Source: Marsupella aquatica | Taxonomy: Eukaryota > Plantae > Marchantiophyta | DNA length: 64,000 nucleotides | Assembly (NCBI GenBank): GCA_973895155.1 | Contig: OZ316897.1 | Coordinates: 646,515-710,514, forward strand | Direction: 5' to 3' | Notes under the pieces: model-generated | The model's database searches: none | What the model was told of the DNA's origin: nothing | Seen by the model: the letters and a program-made list of their open reading frames with translations, nothing else | Shown: positions 61,571 through 64,000 of the stretch, piece after piece | Layout of the letters: every line of letters begins with the position of its first letter | How positions within the stretch are numbered: the stretch's first letter is position 1 | Program-made: the position numbers and the translations under genes

Positions 61571-64000
61571 TCTTCATATACTTCAAATGCACTCACACTT
61601 AATGGTCACAATGAAGATTGGCAAGTCTCCTTTTATTGCATCACCTTTACAACAAAAGTTCACTACACATTCTCCACACTAAGCATGGACCACCTCTCCC
61701 TTCTCAAGCTTAGCCCTACCTTGGCAAGGTAGAGATTCCACTTAAGAGATGAGACTCCCGGTCCCTAACAAAGGAAAACTTTCTCCTTATATACTATTCT
61801 CCTTCCACACCACACCAAGCTTGACCTGGGGTTCAACTACTCCTCCCCCAAGTCCTCCTAACACACAAAGTTCAACTCTATAGTTTGTAGCTCACTCTAC
61901 AACCTATTGCTTGACTCCTTCCAAGCCCTGGAATATGCCACACATGAGTTGCATGCTTTGACCTCCAAACCTGCTCTCACTTATGGTCCTCCTCACCAGT
62001 TTCCCAACCCACTTGAAAGCTCGCAAAAAGAGTGAGTGAGTCTCAAGTTGTGTCATGTCAAAGTTGGCCCTCCTTATTTACTAGTTCTTACTTACTACCC
62101 CGACCTATCAACTTACTTTCCTTACCCTAACGGCCTTGCACCTTTACCCTGAGGTACTCTCTTCTCCATGTATCCTAACTTGGGTGACACGGGTGCAAGA
62201 AGTGTTGGCCTAAAAACCTGGTCTTACTTCCCCCATGCCGACTCCCGTTTGCCAGCTATGGGGACCCCCTCGTGGCCTCTGCTAAAAATATATTTGAGTG
62301 ATTATTTTTCTGGGTTTCCACCTTCACCAAGGGGTGCCTTACCTTCCCCTAACTCAGCACAAAAACACTTGGGCCCCAACGGATACCCCTAGCCAAAGTT
62401 ATGCCCATTCTCCCAAGGCCTATTTTTGGTGTAAAGCGGATGTAAGCGGCAACCCGATTACACTTGAACCTTACACGCCCCTTATGGGGATTCCACGTGT
62501 CATGAGGGGAGAGTACTCTCATTATACTCACGTTTCTTATGAAGAAGATTGATAAGGACACCAATTTTTGCAGCATTTTCCTCTCTCTTGAATTCAATCT
62601 GAAACAACAGCATTCTCTATTGGATCAAATGACAGTAGGTCAATTGATAGCTCAGCCAGGTCTACAGCACCCTTCTCAGTCCACCTCCATAGCCATCCAG
62701 CCTTGCAAGTGATTCAAAATCACAGCAGAATTTTGCAGCAGCCATAGCCCACCAATTCGCAGCTTGTAGCATAACAGCACAGCAGCAGATTCGAAGCATA
62801 GCAGCTGATTCGAAGCACAGTAGCAGCAACCATAGCTTGATTCCTTCTCAACAACTAGCTCTATTCCAATCACTTAGCCAAGCAGGTCTCTCTTCTCAAT
62901 TTCGTAGTTGCCCACCTTTGCAATTTCGCAGCTAGCAGCAACATCCATCAATTCAGCAGCATCAAGGCAGCTGCCAGCCAATTCTCGTGAGCATCTCATG
63001 CCTGATTAATAACAGCACCTCTAATCTATTGTGCCGCTGCCATAGCAGCAAGCAACCTTCCCAATTCAAAGCCAGCCTCCCTATTCCAATCAGCAGCCAT
63101 AGCTCACAATTCAATTTCACAGTAGCAGTTGGGTCAAGTCCTTCTCAGCAGCAGCTAGCTCAATTCAATCCCGCACCTGCCTATTCAGATCAAGAGTGAC
63201 CTATTTTGATGAGCACCAGCCCTTCAATTAGCCCACCTCGTGCATTCATGCCCATGTCGTGCTTGCCTGACCTCGTGCTAGTCTGGTCGCAGCCGCGTCG
63301 ACACGTTTTGACACTGAGAAAAATTTCGTTTTCCTCTCAGGAGAAACAGTTATATTGGCCCCTCTTGAAGGCCATGCCATAATTCACTCAAATGTCCAAA
63401 CGTACTTCTGAGCACATTTCTGGAATCCTTGGACATAGGACTCACTCCTAAATTTATCAAACTCTCTAAAAACTCCATAACGACTTTTCTAAAAATACAT
63501 AAGTTTGACCATATCTATTAAAGCGCATTACTATTCCCAATCTTTGAGGTGTTCCTAAAAAGTAACAAAAGGTGACAAATTATTTCTGAGACAATCCAGG
63601 GATATTATGGTCTATACTAAACTCAATTCTAACCTCGAATCCACAAAATTTACCCCTTGGCTATTTTCTCCGGGGCCCGCTAGTTGGTTATTTTAATTTC
63701 TGTCAAAATACTCACAACTCCTAGGTTGAGACCCCACTTGACTTCATACTTTTTCAGGGTTCCCTAGGGACCTCCCAGCACCCATGGGAGAAATATCAGC
63801 CAAAAATAAGATGTCAGGTGTAGGGTCATTTTCCGGTCCCGACTTAGTCGCCTATCCTAACTAAGGGTGGAACATTTGCTGCCTACCAAAATCACATTAC
63901 TTATCCCTTTACATTTGCTTAGAACAACACATTTTTTCCCTTCCATGATTTCCTACTAACCTTCCCTAGTGACTTAGGGTTGTAAACCCTAAGTACTTTG

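Overview
A transposon-dense window of eukaryotic DNA with GT-AG introns and no clear housekeeping gene. The TE spectrum suggests a non-seed land plant such as a bryophyte (inference). Nesting can be reconstructed from target-site duplications (TSDs). (1) A family of ~4-4.7 kb TG..CA units each holds one long ORF (conserved N-terminal domain plus coiled coil). Two near-identical copies (4549-9217, 51872-56538) have 5-bp TSDs. One relative (56746-60694) lies directly after a Ty3/gypsy integrase and a purine-rich tract, so the units appear to be protein-coding LTRs. Another (630-9766) has 80-bp terminal inverted repeats. (2) A Sola-like DDE DNA transposon (~35141-45600) carries a spliced, apparently intact ParB-like + beta-class N6A/N4C DNA methyltransferase gene and a Ulp1/C48 protease. 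It also holds about 15 GGGAT(C/A)C palindromes. (3) A full-length CACTA (22837-32697) carries a SET-domain ORF and sits inside an older CACTA TnpA-like gene. (4) Also present are a 5'-truncated L1 LINE with a 17-bp TSD, a Helitron 3' end, an interrupted RPA1-C-like ORF, a decayed RING gene and several tandem repeats. All family assignments come from motif recognition by eye, not from database searches.
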